DNA of 35,559 nucleotides from an uncultured Bacilli bacterium (GCA_944359095.1 CALVSS010000003.1:1-35559); one strand, 5' to 3'. Shown: positions 1-9,039, counted from the stretch's first letter. Program-made: numbers and translations. Notes: a model not told the origin generated them from the letters alone.

Positions 1-488
1 TATATTTTACTTTTTCTGCTGTTAGAAAGCCAAAAGAGTATAATACTATTCAAGTAGGAAATTTTGATATTACTTATAATGATATTGGTACTAATTTAGG
101 TAATATTATTGATTTAACTCCAATTGTACCTATGAGTGATGAAAAGGGAGTTTTAACTAAAGTTTATAAAGTTAAAATTAAGAATACTTCTTCTCGTAAA
201 CAATCTTTTCAAATTAAATTGATGAAAGATGTTGCGATGATTACTCAAGATGATTGTAGTGATAAGCAAGTACCTAATGGCTATATTCATTATCAGATTA
301 ATAATGGTGCTGTTCAAATGTTAGATCCTGTAAAAAGAAGTCCTATTATTTATGAGGATACTTATCGTGGCGGAGAAGAAGAAGTTATAAAATTTCGCTT
401 TTGGATTACAGATCTTTTACCATTAGAATATCAGAATTATCATTATCATGCGAAATTAAGTGTAAAAAGTATAGAGACTACAAATTAG
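1..488 (+). CDS. 5'-truncated secreted/surface protein, possibly with a SipW-type (TasA/CalY-like) signal peptide
   Basis: The frame of ORF 132..488 is open back to base 3 (YFTFSAVRKPKEYNTIQVGNFDITYNDIGTNLGNIIDLTPIVPMSDEKG...), so the true start lies upstream of the window. The YFT...N.IQVG.FDITY pattern and the beta-rich body resemble SipW-substrate proteins. Confidence 0.5.
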   Translation, partial: YFTFSAVRKPKEYNTIQVGNFDITYNDIGTNLGNIIDLTPIVPMSDEKGVLTKVYKVKIKNTSSRKQSFQIKLMKDVAMITQDDCSDKQVPNGYIHYQINNGAVQMLDPVKRSPIIYEDTYRGGEEEVIKFRFWITDLLPLEYQNYHYHAKLSVKSIETTN

Positions 489-1255
489 TAGTCTCTTTTT
501 GATAGAAATTTTTCTATAATTCTACTTGTTAATAGGGGATATTCTAAATAGGAAAAATGACTTGCTTGTTTATAGATAATTAAAGCAGAATTTTTTATTT
601 TTTTGTTTATTAATCTACCGTCTTTTAATGGAGTTGCTTTATCTTTTTTACCCCATATTATTAATGTCTCTTGTTCTATATAGGGTAAATAGTATTTTAA
701 ATCTTCAGAAATAATATTTTTAAAAGTTTGATACATTTTATTAGGTAATGTTTTATAATCTGTAGATCCAAATAGTTTTAATAATTGTTGATGATATTTA
801 TCTTTTAGTTTTTTTGGTAAAATATATTTTATTAGTTTTAATAATTTATATAATTTTTCTTTTAACCATAAGAAGAATGATTTTTTTCTTTTGATTCCGG
901 CAATATCTATCATAATTAATTTATCTATTTTTTCTTTGTAATATCCAGATAGTAGAGTAGCAATTCTTCCTCCAAAAGAGTGGGCTATGATGATAGGATT
1001 TGTTATCTTTTTATCTGTCATAAAGTCTCTAATTATATTGGTATAGTCATAGATTGTTAAATCTTTACTCGGAAAAGGACTGTTTCCAAATCCTGGATAG
1101 TCTAGGATATAGATTGTAAAATTATCTTTTAAATAGTTAATTAGATAGGTAAATGTTTTTCTAGTGTCTCCCCAACCTGGAAGTATTAGAATTACTTTAT
1201 CTTTTTCGCCATATTTTTCATAATAGATTGAGTAGTCATCTCGATTATAATACAT
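485..1255 (-). CDS. alpha/beta fold hydrolase
   Basis: LPGWG oxyanion motif, DYPGFGNS, nucleophile elbow AHSFGG, WGKKD acid and ASHF His. AGGTGA RBS upstream. Confidence 0.9.
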   Translation of the reverse strand: MYYNRDDYSIYYEKYGEKDKVILILPGWGDTRKTFTYLINYLKDNFTIYILDYPGFGNSPFPSKDLTIYDYTNIIRDFMTDKKITNPIIIAHSFGGRIATLLSGYYKEKIDKLIMIDIAGIKRKKSFFLWLKEKLYKLLKLIKYILPKKLKDKYHQQLLKLFGSTDYKTLPNKMYQTFKNIISEDLKYYLPYIEQETLIIWGKKDKATPLKDGRLINKKIKNSALIIYKQASHFSYLEYPLLTSRIIEKFLSKRDY

Positions 1256-1303
1256 ATAGGTTCACCTGTTATAATGTATTCTTAAATTTTTATTTGGTTA
1301 TTC

Positions 1304-1333
1304 TTGTATTATTTTTCTAGTTTATGGTATAAT
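1304..1333 (+). promoter_or_regulatory. sigma-A promoter for 6S RNA
   Basis: TTGTAT (1304-1309), 18-nt spacer, extended TGnTATAAT (1325-1333), 6 nt before the structured RNA. Confidence 0.6.
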
Positions 1334-1339
1334 ATAAAT

Positions 1340-1518
1340 GTCAAGGAGATGCGAGAACTGTTCTCATATAAAACCGACTAAAATGACGATACGGGAGTCT
1401 TGATCTGCTATTGGTGTTGAAGACCTTCCTCTTAGAGGGTAGGGATCCTAAAGATAGCGTACGGACACCCACCTGTAAATATGCAGGTTTTATCGTTGGG
1501 CAGCCGCTCTTCCTTGAC
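1340..1518 (+). ncRNA. ssrS: 6S RNA (SsrS/BsrA-like)
   Basis: 179-nt GC-richer island whose ends pair (GTCAAGGA 1340-1347 / TCCTTGAC 1511-1518), followed by a T-run. It contains the Firmicute 6S 3' motif CACCCACCTG...GCAGGTT and lies near tcdA/yrvM, like Bacillus bsrA. Confidence 0.85.
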
Positions 1519-1542
1519 TTTTTTTTGTTTTTTATCTATAAT
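1514..1542 (+). promoter_or_regulatory. sigma-A promoter for the orphan-tcdA unit, overlapping the 6S 3' end
   Basis: TTGACT (1514-1519), 17 nt, TATAAT (1537-1542), then GAGGTGG RBS and ATG at 1562. Confidence 0.65.
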
Positions 1543-1561
1543 AAGCGCACGAGGTGGTAGC

Positions 1562-2374
1562 ATGTTAGTATTACCAATAGTTAATCGTAACCGTGTTATG
1601 AATGTTAAAATTTCTTTAAAAGATGCTCAAAAAGTTCAAAACGGAGTTATTCTTGATGATATTAAAGAAAGTGATATTGTTTTTAATCAATATCACTATT
1701 TAGATTCTAATTATCAACAGGAAAATGATGGGACTATTCATTTTATTCGTAATATGTCTTTACTTTGTAATAATGATTTTTTAGTTACTACGAGAGAAGA
1801 TACAGAATCTAATTGTTATGATGTTTATCAAGTTAAAAAGCCTCCTAAATTTGTAAATCCAGCATTAGATAATTTGTATGCTGATGTTATTACAGATATG
1901 CGTAAAGAACTTCCTAGAGTAAAAAAAGGACGTTATTTGTCTTTGGAAAGATTGGGAATGGGAGAGTATCTTACGGAATCTAAAATTGCTGCGTTACAGC
2001 AAATTATTAAGTCAGAACCTTCTAGAAGTAGATGGCCAAAATTATTTCAAGAAGCAGGGATTGCTGATTTACCTCTTACTATAGAATTTTTAAAGCATTT
2101 TGATTGTACTATTATTAGTGATACTACGTTACCAGTAGATACTTTACAAAATACGATAGAGTCTTTACGACCTTTAAATACACAAGATTATCGTGAGATA
2201 AAAAAACATTTTGATATGGCTCTTGCTAATCAAAAAATTTATTCTAAATTATCTTTAGTTAATCATTTATTATATAATCAACCTTATCGATTAATTACTT
2301 CAGAAAAAGCAAAAGAGCAAGTAAAACAAAAAGTAAAAGCTCCTATGGAGGGTATGGAATATGGAAGTATCTAA
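1562..2374 (+). CDS. hypothetical soluble protein (270 aa)
   Basis: Long ORF with host-like codon usage. GAGGTGG RBS supports ATG 1562 rather than 1481, which lies inside 6S RNA. Overlaps the tcdA start. No motif recognised. Confidence 0.8.
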   Translation: MLVLPIVNRNRVMNVKISLKDAQKVQNGVILDDIKESDIVFNQYHYLDSNYQQENDGTIHFIRNMSLLCNNDFLVTTREDTESNCYDVYQVKKPPKFVNPALDNLYADVITDMRKELPRVKKGRYLSLERLGMGEYLTESKIAALQQIIKSEPSRSRWPKLFQEAGIADLPLTIEFLKHFDCTIISDTTLPVDTLQNTIESLRPLNTQDYREIKKHFDMALANQKIYSKLSLVNHLLYNQPYRLITSEKAKEQVKQKVKAPMEGMEYGSI

Positions 2375-3044
2375 TTTTCTTTCACGCTTTGAAATGATGG
2401 TTGGAAAAAATAGTATTGATGTATTAGTTCATAAAACTGTTCTTATAGTTGGAATCGGTGGAGTGGGTGGCTACGTTTGTGAAGCTTTGGCTAGGAGTGG
2501 AGTAGGACATCTTATTTTAATAGATTCAGATGTTGTTGAAATTACTAATCTTAATCGACAAATTGTTGCTTTAAGATCTACTCTTGGTAAGAAAAAAGTA
2601 GAAGTGATGAAAGATAGAATTTTAGATATTAATCCGCAAGCTACTGTTGATATCTATGATATGTTTTTAAATAATGATAATTTTTCTTTTTTAGATTCTT
2701 TATCTTTAGACTTTTTAGTAGATTGCTGTGATACGGTTTCTACAAAAGAAGCAATTATTACTTATTGTTTAAATAAAGATATTCCTTTTATTACTTGTCT
2801 TGGTACTGCTAAAAAAATGGATCCTAGTTTATTAGAAATTACAGAATTAAAGAAGACTTATAATGATCCATTAGCAAAAATTTTAAGAAAATATGTTAGA
2901 GATTATCATATTGTAGGGAATATTCCCGTTTTATTTTCCAGAGAACTTCCTTGTTCTTGTCAAGGACTTGGTTCTAGTGCTTTTGTTCCTAGTAGTGCTG
3001 GACTTTTAATTGCAAGTTATGTTATTTCTAAATTTATAAAATAA
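2361..3044 (+). CDS. tcdA: tRNA threonylcarbamoyladenosine dehydratase (ThiF/E1-like family)
   Basis: VGIGGVGG, ARSGVG, D.V..TNLNRQ, DPLAKILRK and GSSAFVPS motifs. Confidence 0.88.
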   Translation: MEVSNFLSRFEMMVGKNSIDVLVHKTVLIVGIGGVGGYVCEALARSGVGHLILIDSDVVEITNLNRQIVALRSTLGKKKVEVMKDRILDINPQATVDIYDMFLNNDNFSFLDSLSLDFLVDCCDTVSTKEAIITYCLNKDIPFITCLGTAKKMDPSLLEITELKKTYNDPLAKILRKYVRDYHIVGNIPVLFSRELPCSCQGLGSSAFVPSSAGLLIASYVISKFIK

Positions 3045-3076
3045 AAAATGAGATTTTGTCTCATTTTCTTTTTTTT
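3043..3076. terminator. bidirectional intrinsic terminator between convergent tcdA and lexA
   Basis: AAAATGAGA-ttttg-TCTCATTTT hairpin with A/T runs on both sides. Confidence 0.7.
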
Positions 3077-3692
3077 AAAATTTTCTATATAAACCAATTG
3101 CTTTTCCTAGTATTGTTACATTTTTTAAGATGATAGGATCCATGGTATCATTTTCTGGTTGTAGACGAAAATAACCGTTTTCTTTATAGAAAGTTTTTAC
3201 TGTTACTTCATTATTATCATTCATAGCAACAACGGTATCACCATTTTCTGCCGTATTTTTTCTTTCAACAATTAGAATATCACCATCATAGATTCCAACA
3301 TTTATCATGGATTCACCACTTACTTTTAAAGTAAATATTTCATTTCTTGTTGTAAATAGATTCGTTGGTAGGGCAAAATATTCATCCGGCATTTCGATTG
3401 CTTCAATCGGATTACCAGCGGTTACTTTACCAAGTAGAGGAACTTCAACTACATTTTCATCTTTTTCTAAATATTCGTTGGGAACTAAAACTTCAATCGT
3501 TCTATTTTTTCCATTACCTTTAGTAATATATCCTTTTTCTTCTAATTTAGTTAAGTGAAAATGAATCGTTGCAGGAGAATTTAAGTGGGCTTGTTCGCCA
3601 ATTTCTCTAACTGTTGGGGGATAACCATATTGGGCAATCCATTTTTTTATAATCTGTAAAATCATTTCTTGCTTTGTTGTCAACTTTTCCAT
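3075..3692 (-). CDS. lexA: SOS repressor LexA
   Basis: GYPPTVREIG winged HTH, VTAG cleavage site (Ala-Gly), GESM catalytic Ser, TVK catalytic Lys, RLQPEN. AGGAGG RBS. Confidence 0.97.
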   Translation of the reverse strand: MEKLTTKQEMILQIIKKWIAQYGYPPTVREIGEQAHLNSPATIHFHLTKLEEKGYITKGNGKNRTIEVLVPNEYLEKDENVVEVPLLGKVTAGNPIEAIEMPDEYFALPTNLFTTRNEIFTLKVSGESMINVGIYDGDILIVERKNTAENGDTVVAMNDNNEVTVKTFYKENGYFRLQPENDTMDPIILKNVTILGKAIGLYRKF

Positions 3693-3744
3693 ATGTTTTC
3701 CTCCTTTTTATATAATAAGTTTAGCACTGCAAGTGTCAAATGTC

Positions 3745-3756
3745 AAACAAATGTTT
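3745..3756. promoter_or_regulatory. degenerate LexA (Cheo) box overlapping the lexA -35
   Basis: AAAC-aaat-GTTT compared with the Gram-positive consensus GAAC-N4-GTTC. It overlaps the minus-strand TTGACA (3741-3746), which is followed 17 nt later by TAAACT. Confidence 0.55.
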
Positions 3757-3766
3757 TAAAAATCTA

Positions 3767-3795
3767 TTGACACGAACAACTGTACGATATATACT
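3767..3795 (+). promoter_or_regulatory. sigma-A promoter with a LexA box in its spacer
   Basis: TTGACA (3767-3772), 17 nt, TATACT (3790-3795). The spacer contains CGAAC-aact-GTACG (GAAC 3774-3777, GTAC 3782-3785), one mismatch from GAAC-N4-GTTC. Confidence 0.8.
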
Positions 3796-3822
3796 AGACA
3801 TGTAATGAAGGGAGAGATGTTT

Positions 3823-3993
3823 ATGAATATTAAAATGAAAAAAATGGTTAAAGAGGGTTTATGGTTATTTCTTCTATATTCTTTTATTACTTTATGTCTA
3901 TTTTTAGCAACGGATAGAATTGAACGACTAGATCAAATTACAGGGAATTTTCGAAATACTAATGGAAGTGTATCTATTAATTTAGGTAAGTAA
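3823..3993 (+). CDS. small single-pass membrane protein divergent from lexA; candidate YneA/SosA-like SOS division inhibitor
   Basis: GGAG RBS at 3811-3814 favours ATG 3823 (56 aa). Basic N-terminus, one hydrophobic helix (GLWLFLLYSFITLCLFLA), short polar tail. It sits behind the SOS-boxed promoter. Confidence 0.65.
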   Translation: MNIKMKKMVKEGLWLFLLYSFITLCLFLATDRIERLDQITGNFRNTNGSVSINLGK

Positions 3994-4033
3994 ACAAATA
4001 CAATTTATGATATACTACTATTAGGTGATGTTT

Positions 4034-6640
4034 ATGAACAAAATAATTTTAGTAGATGGTAATAATTTACTATTTCGTAGTTTTTATGCTACTGCATATC
4101 AAGGTGTAATTATGAAAAATTCGAAGGGGTTTCCTACCAATGCATTATATGGTTTTATTAATATGATGCATAAGATTGTAGAAGAAGAGACTCCTTCTTA
4201 TATTATGGTAGCGTTTGATAAAGGAAAAACGTTTCGCCATGATAAATATGTTGATTATAAAGCTGGTAGAAGTGAGATGCCGGATGAGTTAAAATTACAA
4301 TTTCCTAAAGCTAAAGAAATTTTGGATTCTTTGGGTATTAAACATTTTGAAATTGATAACTATGAAGCAGATGATATTATTGGAACACTTTCTTTAGAAG
4401 TTGAAAAAAGAGATGATTTTATTGCAACTATTATTAGTAGTGATAAAGATTTGTTACAGTTGGTTAGTGATAAAGTTGTTATGAAATTGTTAAAACAAAG
4501 TGGTCATATTATGATGACAAAAGAAGAATTTATTAAGACTTATCAAGTTCTGCCAATTCGTATGATTGATTTAAAGGCATTGATGGGAGATCCTAGTGAC
4601 CATATTCCAGGTGTTAAGGGTATTGGTGAAAAAACAGCTATATCTTTACTTTCTAAGTTTCAAACTTTAGATAATTTATATCTTCATATTGATGAAGTTA
4701 AAGGTAAGACAAAAGAAAAATTAGAGAACGATAAAGATAGTGCTTATATGAGTTATGATTTAGCAACGATTTATCGAGAAGTTCCTTTAGGCTTTACTTT
4801 AGATGATTGTAAGTATACAAGAGAAAATACAAAAGCTTTTAAGAAATTACTAGAAGAGTTTGAATTTCATTCTTTATTAAAGAAATATCATTTAGATACG
4901 GAAGAAGTAAAGAAAGAAGAAAAAAAGTCTGATAATTTTACTATTTTACCTATTGATCAATTAAAAGCTAATACTTTTTCTTTTTATGTAGAAACTAGAG
5001 GTAAAGTTTATAGTAAAAGTGAAGTTTTGGGAATTGGTATTTATGATGGAGTCAATGGTTATTTCTTATCTTTAGATGAAATTTCTAAATATAAAGATTT
5101 ATTTTCTGGAAATAGTTATAAATATACCTATGATTTAAAGAAGGATATTGTTGTTTTAAATCCTTTAGGAATTAGTATTCATCAGGTTACTTTTGATACG
5201 ATGATTGCTAGTTATTTACTGGATTATGTTGTAAAAGATGATATTAGTTTTGTTGCTCAAGCATTTGATGTAAAACTTCCTTTATATGAAGATTTGTATG
5301 GTACAGAAAAACGTCCTAAAGAAGTGAGTGATGATGTTTTACGAGATGTTTGTTGTCGTAAAGCTAAGTTTATTTATGATACCCGTAATCAATTATTAGA
5401 ACAATTACAAAAAAATAATGAGTTAGAATTGTTTCAAAAGATTGAAATGCCATTATCTAGAGTTTTAGCTGATATGGAATTGACTGGTATTTTAGTGGAT
5501 GTTGATTATTTAGATCAAGTTGCTTTAGAATTAAAAGAAAAAATGGAAGATGTTGAGAGGGAAATTTATGAATTAGCTGGTGTTACTTTTAATATTATGT
5601 CTCCATCACAATTAGCTAAAGTTTTATTTGAAACTTTACAAATTCCTTATCCTAAACGCGTTAAAGATGGAAAATATTCTACTAGTAAAGATATTTTAGA
5701 TAAGATTAGATTTGTTCATCCAATTGTTGATAAGATTTTAGAGTATCGTACTCTTGCTAAACTATATACAAATTATGCAGTTGGTTTAAAAGCAGAAGTT
5801 AGGGAGGATGGACGAATTCATACTATCTTTACACAAACATTAACTAGGACGGGAAGACTTTCTAGTATTAGTCCTAATCTACAAAATATTCCAGCACGAC
5901 AAGAATATTCTAAATTAATTAGGAAAGCCTTTATTCCTGATCCTAATTCTAAATTATTGTCTAGTGATTATTCTCAAGTAGAACTTCGTGTTTTTGCCCA
6001 TATGTCTAATGCAGAAAACTTAATTCAGGCCTTTGTGGATGGAAAAGATATTCATACTAAGACAGCATCTGATATTTATCATGTTCCAATGGAAGAGGTA
6101 ACAAAAGATATGAGACGTACTGCTAAAGCTGTTAACTTTGGTATTTTATATGGAATTAGTAGTTTTGGACTTAGTGAAGATTTAGGTATTGATATTCAAA
6201 CAGCTAAAAAATTTATTGATAATTATCTTAAAACTTATCCAGGAATTGCTGAATATATGGAAGAAGAAAAGAAAAAGGCTTATGAGTTGGGCTATGTTAC
6301 TACACTTAGGAATCGTAGACGAGTTATTGAAGAATTAAAAAATAAAAATTATTTGATTCGTAGTAGTGGAGAAAGAATTGCTCTTAATACACCAATTCAA
6401 GGAACTGCAGCTGATATTTTAAAGAAAGCTATGGTTGAAATATATGATGAATTTCAAAAGCGTGGATTAAAAAGTAAAATGCTTATTCAAGTACACGACG
6501 AATTAGTATTTAATGTATTAGATTCTGAACTTGATGAAGTCATTGCTATTGTTAGAAATATTATGGAACATACGATAGAGTTAAAAGTTCCTTTAAAAGT
6601 TGATATTGAATATGGTAATAATTGGTATGAAGCTAAATAG
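4034..6640 (+). CDS. polA: DNA polymerase I
   Basis: 5'-3' exonuclease motifs (LVDGN, YEADD, GDPSDHIPGVKGIG) and polymerase motifs (TGRLSS, DYSQVELR, KAVNFGILYG, QVHDEL). AGGTGA RBS supports ATG 4034. Confidence 0.98.
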   Translation: MNKIILVDGNNLLFRSFYATAYQGVIMKNSKGFPTNALYGFINMMHKIVEEETPSYIMVAFDKGKTFRHDKYVDYKAGRSEMPDELKLQFPKAKEILDSLGIKHFEIDNYEADDIIGTLSLEVEKRDDFIATIISSDKDLLQLVSDKVVMKLLKQSGHIMMTKEEFIKTYQVLPIRMIDLKALMGDPSDHIPGVKGIGEKTAISLLSKFQTLDNLYLHIDEVKGKTKEKLENDKDSAYMSYDLATIYREVPLGFTLDDCKYTRENTKAFKKLLEEFEFHSLLKKYHLDTEEVKKEEKKSDNFTILPIDQLKANTFSFYVETRGKVYSKSEVLGIGIYDGVNGYFLSLDEISKYKDLFSGNSYKYTYDLKKDIVVLNPLGISIHQVTFDTMIASYLLDYVVKDDISFVAQAFDVKLPLYEDLYGTEKRPKEVSDDVLRDVCCRKAKFIYDTRNQLLEQLQKNNELELFQKIEMPLSRVLADMELTGILVDVDYLDQVALELKEKMEDVEREIYELAGVTFNIMSPSQLAKVLFETLQIPYPKRVKDGKYSTSKDILDKIRFVHPIVDKILEYRTLAKLYTNYAVGLKAEVREDGRIHTIFTQTLTRTGRLSSISPNLQNIPARQEYSKLIRKAFIPDPNSKLLSSDYSQVELRVFAHMSNAENLIQAFVDGKDIHTKTASDIYHVPMEEVTKDMRRTAKAVNFGILYGISSFGLSEDLGIDIQTAKKFIDNYLKTYPGIAEYMEEEKKKAYELGYVTTLRNRRRVIEELKNKNYLIRSSGERIALNTPIQGTAADILKKAMVEIYDEFQKRGLKSKMLIQVHDELVFNVLDSELDEVIAIVRNIMEHTIELKVPLKVDIEYGNNWYEAK

Positions 6641-6654
6641 AAAGTAGGTGTTTT

Positions 6655-7473
6655 ATGCCGGAAAAACCAGAAGTTGTTACTGTTAAAAATACTTTAAAAA
6701 GGCAGGTATTAGGAAAGAGTATTACTGATTGCTTTGTTTATTGGGATAATATTATAGCTTATCCTTCTGTTTATGAATTTAAAAAAGAAAAAAAAAAAAA
6801 AAAAATATTAGATATTACGACAAGAGGGAAATGGCTAGTTTTTGAACTTACGAAAGATTTATTATTAATTCATTTAAGAATGGAGGGTAAGTTTTTCTTT
6901 CGTAAGATTGATGATAGTAAAAATAAACATGAACATGTTTTCTTTACTTTAGATCATTCCATTAGTTTTCGTTTTCATGATGTTCGTAAATTTGGGAAGA
7001 TGTATTTATTAAATAAAAAAGATGCTTATTTACGACCACCATTATGTGATTTAGGGCTTGAATATAATGATTCTAATCTTACAGCTAATTATTTATATCA
7101 AAAAATTCATGAAAAGAAATTACCTATTAAAACTGTATTATTAGATCAAAGTATTATTTGTGGTATTGGTAATATTTATGATGATGAAATTTTGTTTAAA
7201 AGTCATATTTCCCCACTTAGAAAGTGTTATAAGATTACTAAAAAAGAATGTGGTACTATTATTGAAAATACAAGGGAAGTGTTAGATGAAGCTATTTCTA
7301 TGGGTGGTACTACGATTAAGAGTTTTACCTCAAGTGAGGGAGTTCATGGACTTTTTCAAAATAAATTATCAATTCATGGAAAAATAGGGGAATGTCCTTC
7401 GTGTCATCATGAAATTATTAAAACTAAGATTGGTGGTAGAGGTACTTATTACTGTCCATTTTGTCAGAAATAA
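6655..7473 (+). CDS. mutM: formamidopyrimidine-DNA glycosylase
   Basis: MPE.PEV N-terminus, RGK, HLRMEG, DVRKFG, GIGNIY, C-terminal zinc finger CPSC...RGTYYCPFCQ. Follows polA as in Bacilli. Confidence 0.96.
   Translation: MPEKPEVVTVKNTLKRQVLGKSITDCFVYWDNIIAYPSVYEFKKEKKKKKILDITTRGKWLVFELTKDLLLIHLRMEGKFFFRKIDDSKNKHEHVFFTLDHSISFRFHDVRKFGKMYLLNKKDAYLRPPLCDLGLEYNDSNLTANYLYQKIHEKKLPIKTVLLDQSIICGIGNIYDDEILFKSHISPLRKCYKITKKECGTIIENTREVLDEAISMGGTTIKSFTSSEGVHGLFQNKLSIHGKIGECPSCHHEIIKTKIGGRGTYYCPFCQK
6788..6805 (+). repeat. A18 homopolymer inside mutM
   Basis: 18 consecutive A encoding part of EKKKKKI, in frame. Confidence 0.9.
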
Positions 7474-7530
7474 GTATACAATCTTTTTAATCTATTGTAT
7501 AATGAATACGATTTGAAAGGAGTAGTGTAT

Positions 7531-8943
7531 ATGAAAAAAACTAAGATTATTTGTAGTATTGGACCATCTTCCATTTCTCCTGATGTTATGGAAAAAATGG
7601 TTTTAGCTGGTATGAATGTTGCGAGAGTAAATTTTACGCATGCAACACTTGAAGAAAGAGAACAGACTTGTGCTTCTGTTAGAGAAGTTAGAAAACGTAC
7701 TGGTAAAAATGTTGCTTTATTATGGGATACAAAGGGTCCAGAATTTCGTAGTGGAGTGTTAGAAGGGGACTCTATTACATTAGTTTCTGGTCATACGATT
7801 CGTATTGTTAAAGAAAATGTTCTTGGTAATCAAGAAAGATTTAGTGTTAATCATCCAGAAGCCTTGGATGGATTACATGTTGGTTCTATTATTTTACTTG
7901 AAAATGCTAAAATGAAACTTGAAGTTATTAGTAAAGAAGAAGATGGAGTTACTTGTAAAATCGTTGATGGAGGAGTTCTTGGTAATCGTAAGAGTATGAG
8001 TGTTCCAGGAGTGAAATTAAATATTCCTTATGTTAGTGATTTAGACCGAGCTGACTTAGATTATGCTTGTAGTCATGGGGGAGAATTCTTAGCTATTTCT
8101 TTTGTTTCTTGTAAAGAAGATGTATTAGAGATTAAAGAAATTTTAAAAGAACATGACCGTTTAGATTTAAAAATTATTTGTAAAATTGAAAGTGAACTTG
8201 GTATTCAAAACCTTGAAGAGATTCTTGAAGTATCTGATGGTGTTATGGTTGCTAGAGGAGATTTAGGTACTGAAGTTCCTAGCGAACGTTTACCAATTAT
8301 TCAAAAACATATTATTAAAGTATGTCGTCGTATGGGAAAGATTTGCGTTGTTGCAACCGAAATGCTTGAAACTATGATGGAACATATGCGCCCTAAAAGA
8401 GCAGAAACTAGTGATATTGCTAATGCTGTATTGGATGGTACTGATGCTGTTATGTTAAGTGGAGAAACGACAGTTGGTAAACACCCTATAGAAACTGTTG
8501 CAGCTATGGCAAAAATTTGTGAAGTAACAGAGCAATATGCAGAGTTTAATTATATTGATGAAAATAAGAAAATAACTTCTATTCCTTGTGCAATTGCTGA
8601 AAACGTAGTTCGTTCTGCAAATATGTTGAATGCCAAAGTTATTTGTGCTGCTACTATCAGTGGAGCAACCGCTAGAATTATTAGTAATTTAAAACCAAAA
8701 GCTGATATTTTGGCTTTATGTCCCGATGAGAAAGCTGCTCGTCGTCTTGCATTGAATTGGGGTGTAGAACCAGTTCGTCTACCAATGTGTTCATCTACAG
8801 ATGAAGTGTTAATTGAAGGCATAAAAAAAGCCAAAGAAGTTATGCCTTTGACTAAAGGAGATATTGTATTAATTACTGGAAGTTTTCCTAATACTGGTGT
8901 TTCTCATCCTACGAACTTAATGAAGATTGCGAAAATTGATTAG
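7531..8943 (+). CDS. pyk: pyruvate kinase
   Basis: KTKIICSIGP, DTKGPEFR, KIE, VMVARGDLG, RAETSD.ANAVLDGTDAVMLSGET. AAAGGAG RBS supports ATG 7531. Confidence 0.97.
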   Translation: MKKTKIICSIGPSSISPDVMEKMVLAGMNVARVNFTHATLEEREQTCASVREVRKRTGKNVALLWDTKGPEFRSGVLEGDSITLVSGHTIRIVKENVLGNQERFSVNHPEALDGLHVGSIILLENAKMKLEVISKEEDGVTCKIVDGGVLGNRKSMSVPGVKLNIPYVSDLDRADLDYACSHGGEFLAISFVSCKEDVLEIKEILKEHDRLDLKIICKIESELGIQNLEEILEVSDGVMVARGDLGTEVPSERLPIIQKHIIKVCRRMGKICVVATEMLETMMEHMRPKRAETSDIANAVLDGTDAVMLSGETTVGKHPIETVAAMAKICEVTEQYAEFNYIDENKKITSIPCAIAENVVRSANMLNAKVICAATISGATARIISNLKPKADILALCPDEKAARRLALNWGVEPVRLPMCSSTDEVLIEGIKKAKEVMPLTKGDIVLITGSFPNTGVSHPTNLMKIAKID

Positions 8944-8972
8944 TAAAAATTAGAATAAGTATTTTGTAATTC

Positions 8973-8999
8973 AAGGTGATTTAGAATCACCTTTTTTTT
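8973..8999 (+). terminator. intrinsic terminator after pyk
   Basis: AAGGTGATT-tag-AATCACCTT followed by a T-run. Confidence 0.8.
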
Positions 9000-9039
9000 A
9001 AATATGAAAATTACTTGCAAAAGAATAGGGCATATCTCA

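Noticed and set aside
1340-1518. T-box, riboswitch or tRNA interpretation of the structured region
   Set aside because: No T-box or cloverleaf motif seen. End-to-end pairing, length and the CACCCACCTG motif fit 6S RNA.
1481-1561. N-terminal extension of ORF 1481..2374
   Set aside because: It lies within the 6S RNA and its T-tract. The promoter and RBS point to ATG 1562.
3307-3558. 83-aa plus-strand ORF
   Set aside because: Antisense shadow of lexA.
8550-8834. 94-aa minus-strand ORF
   Set aside because: Antisense shadow of pyk.
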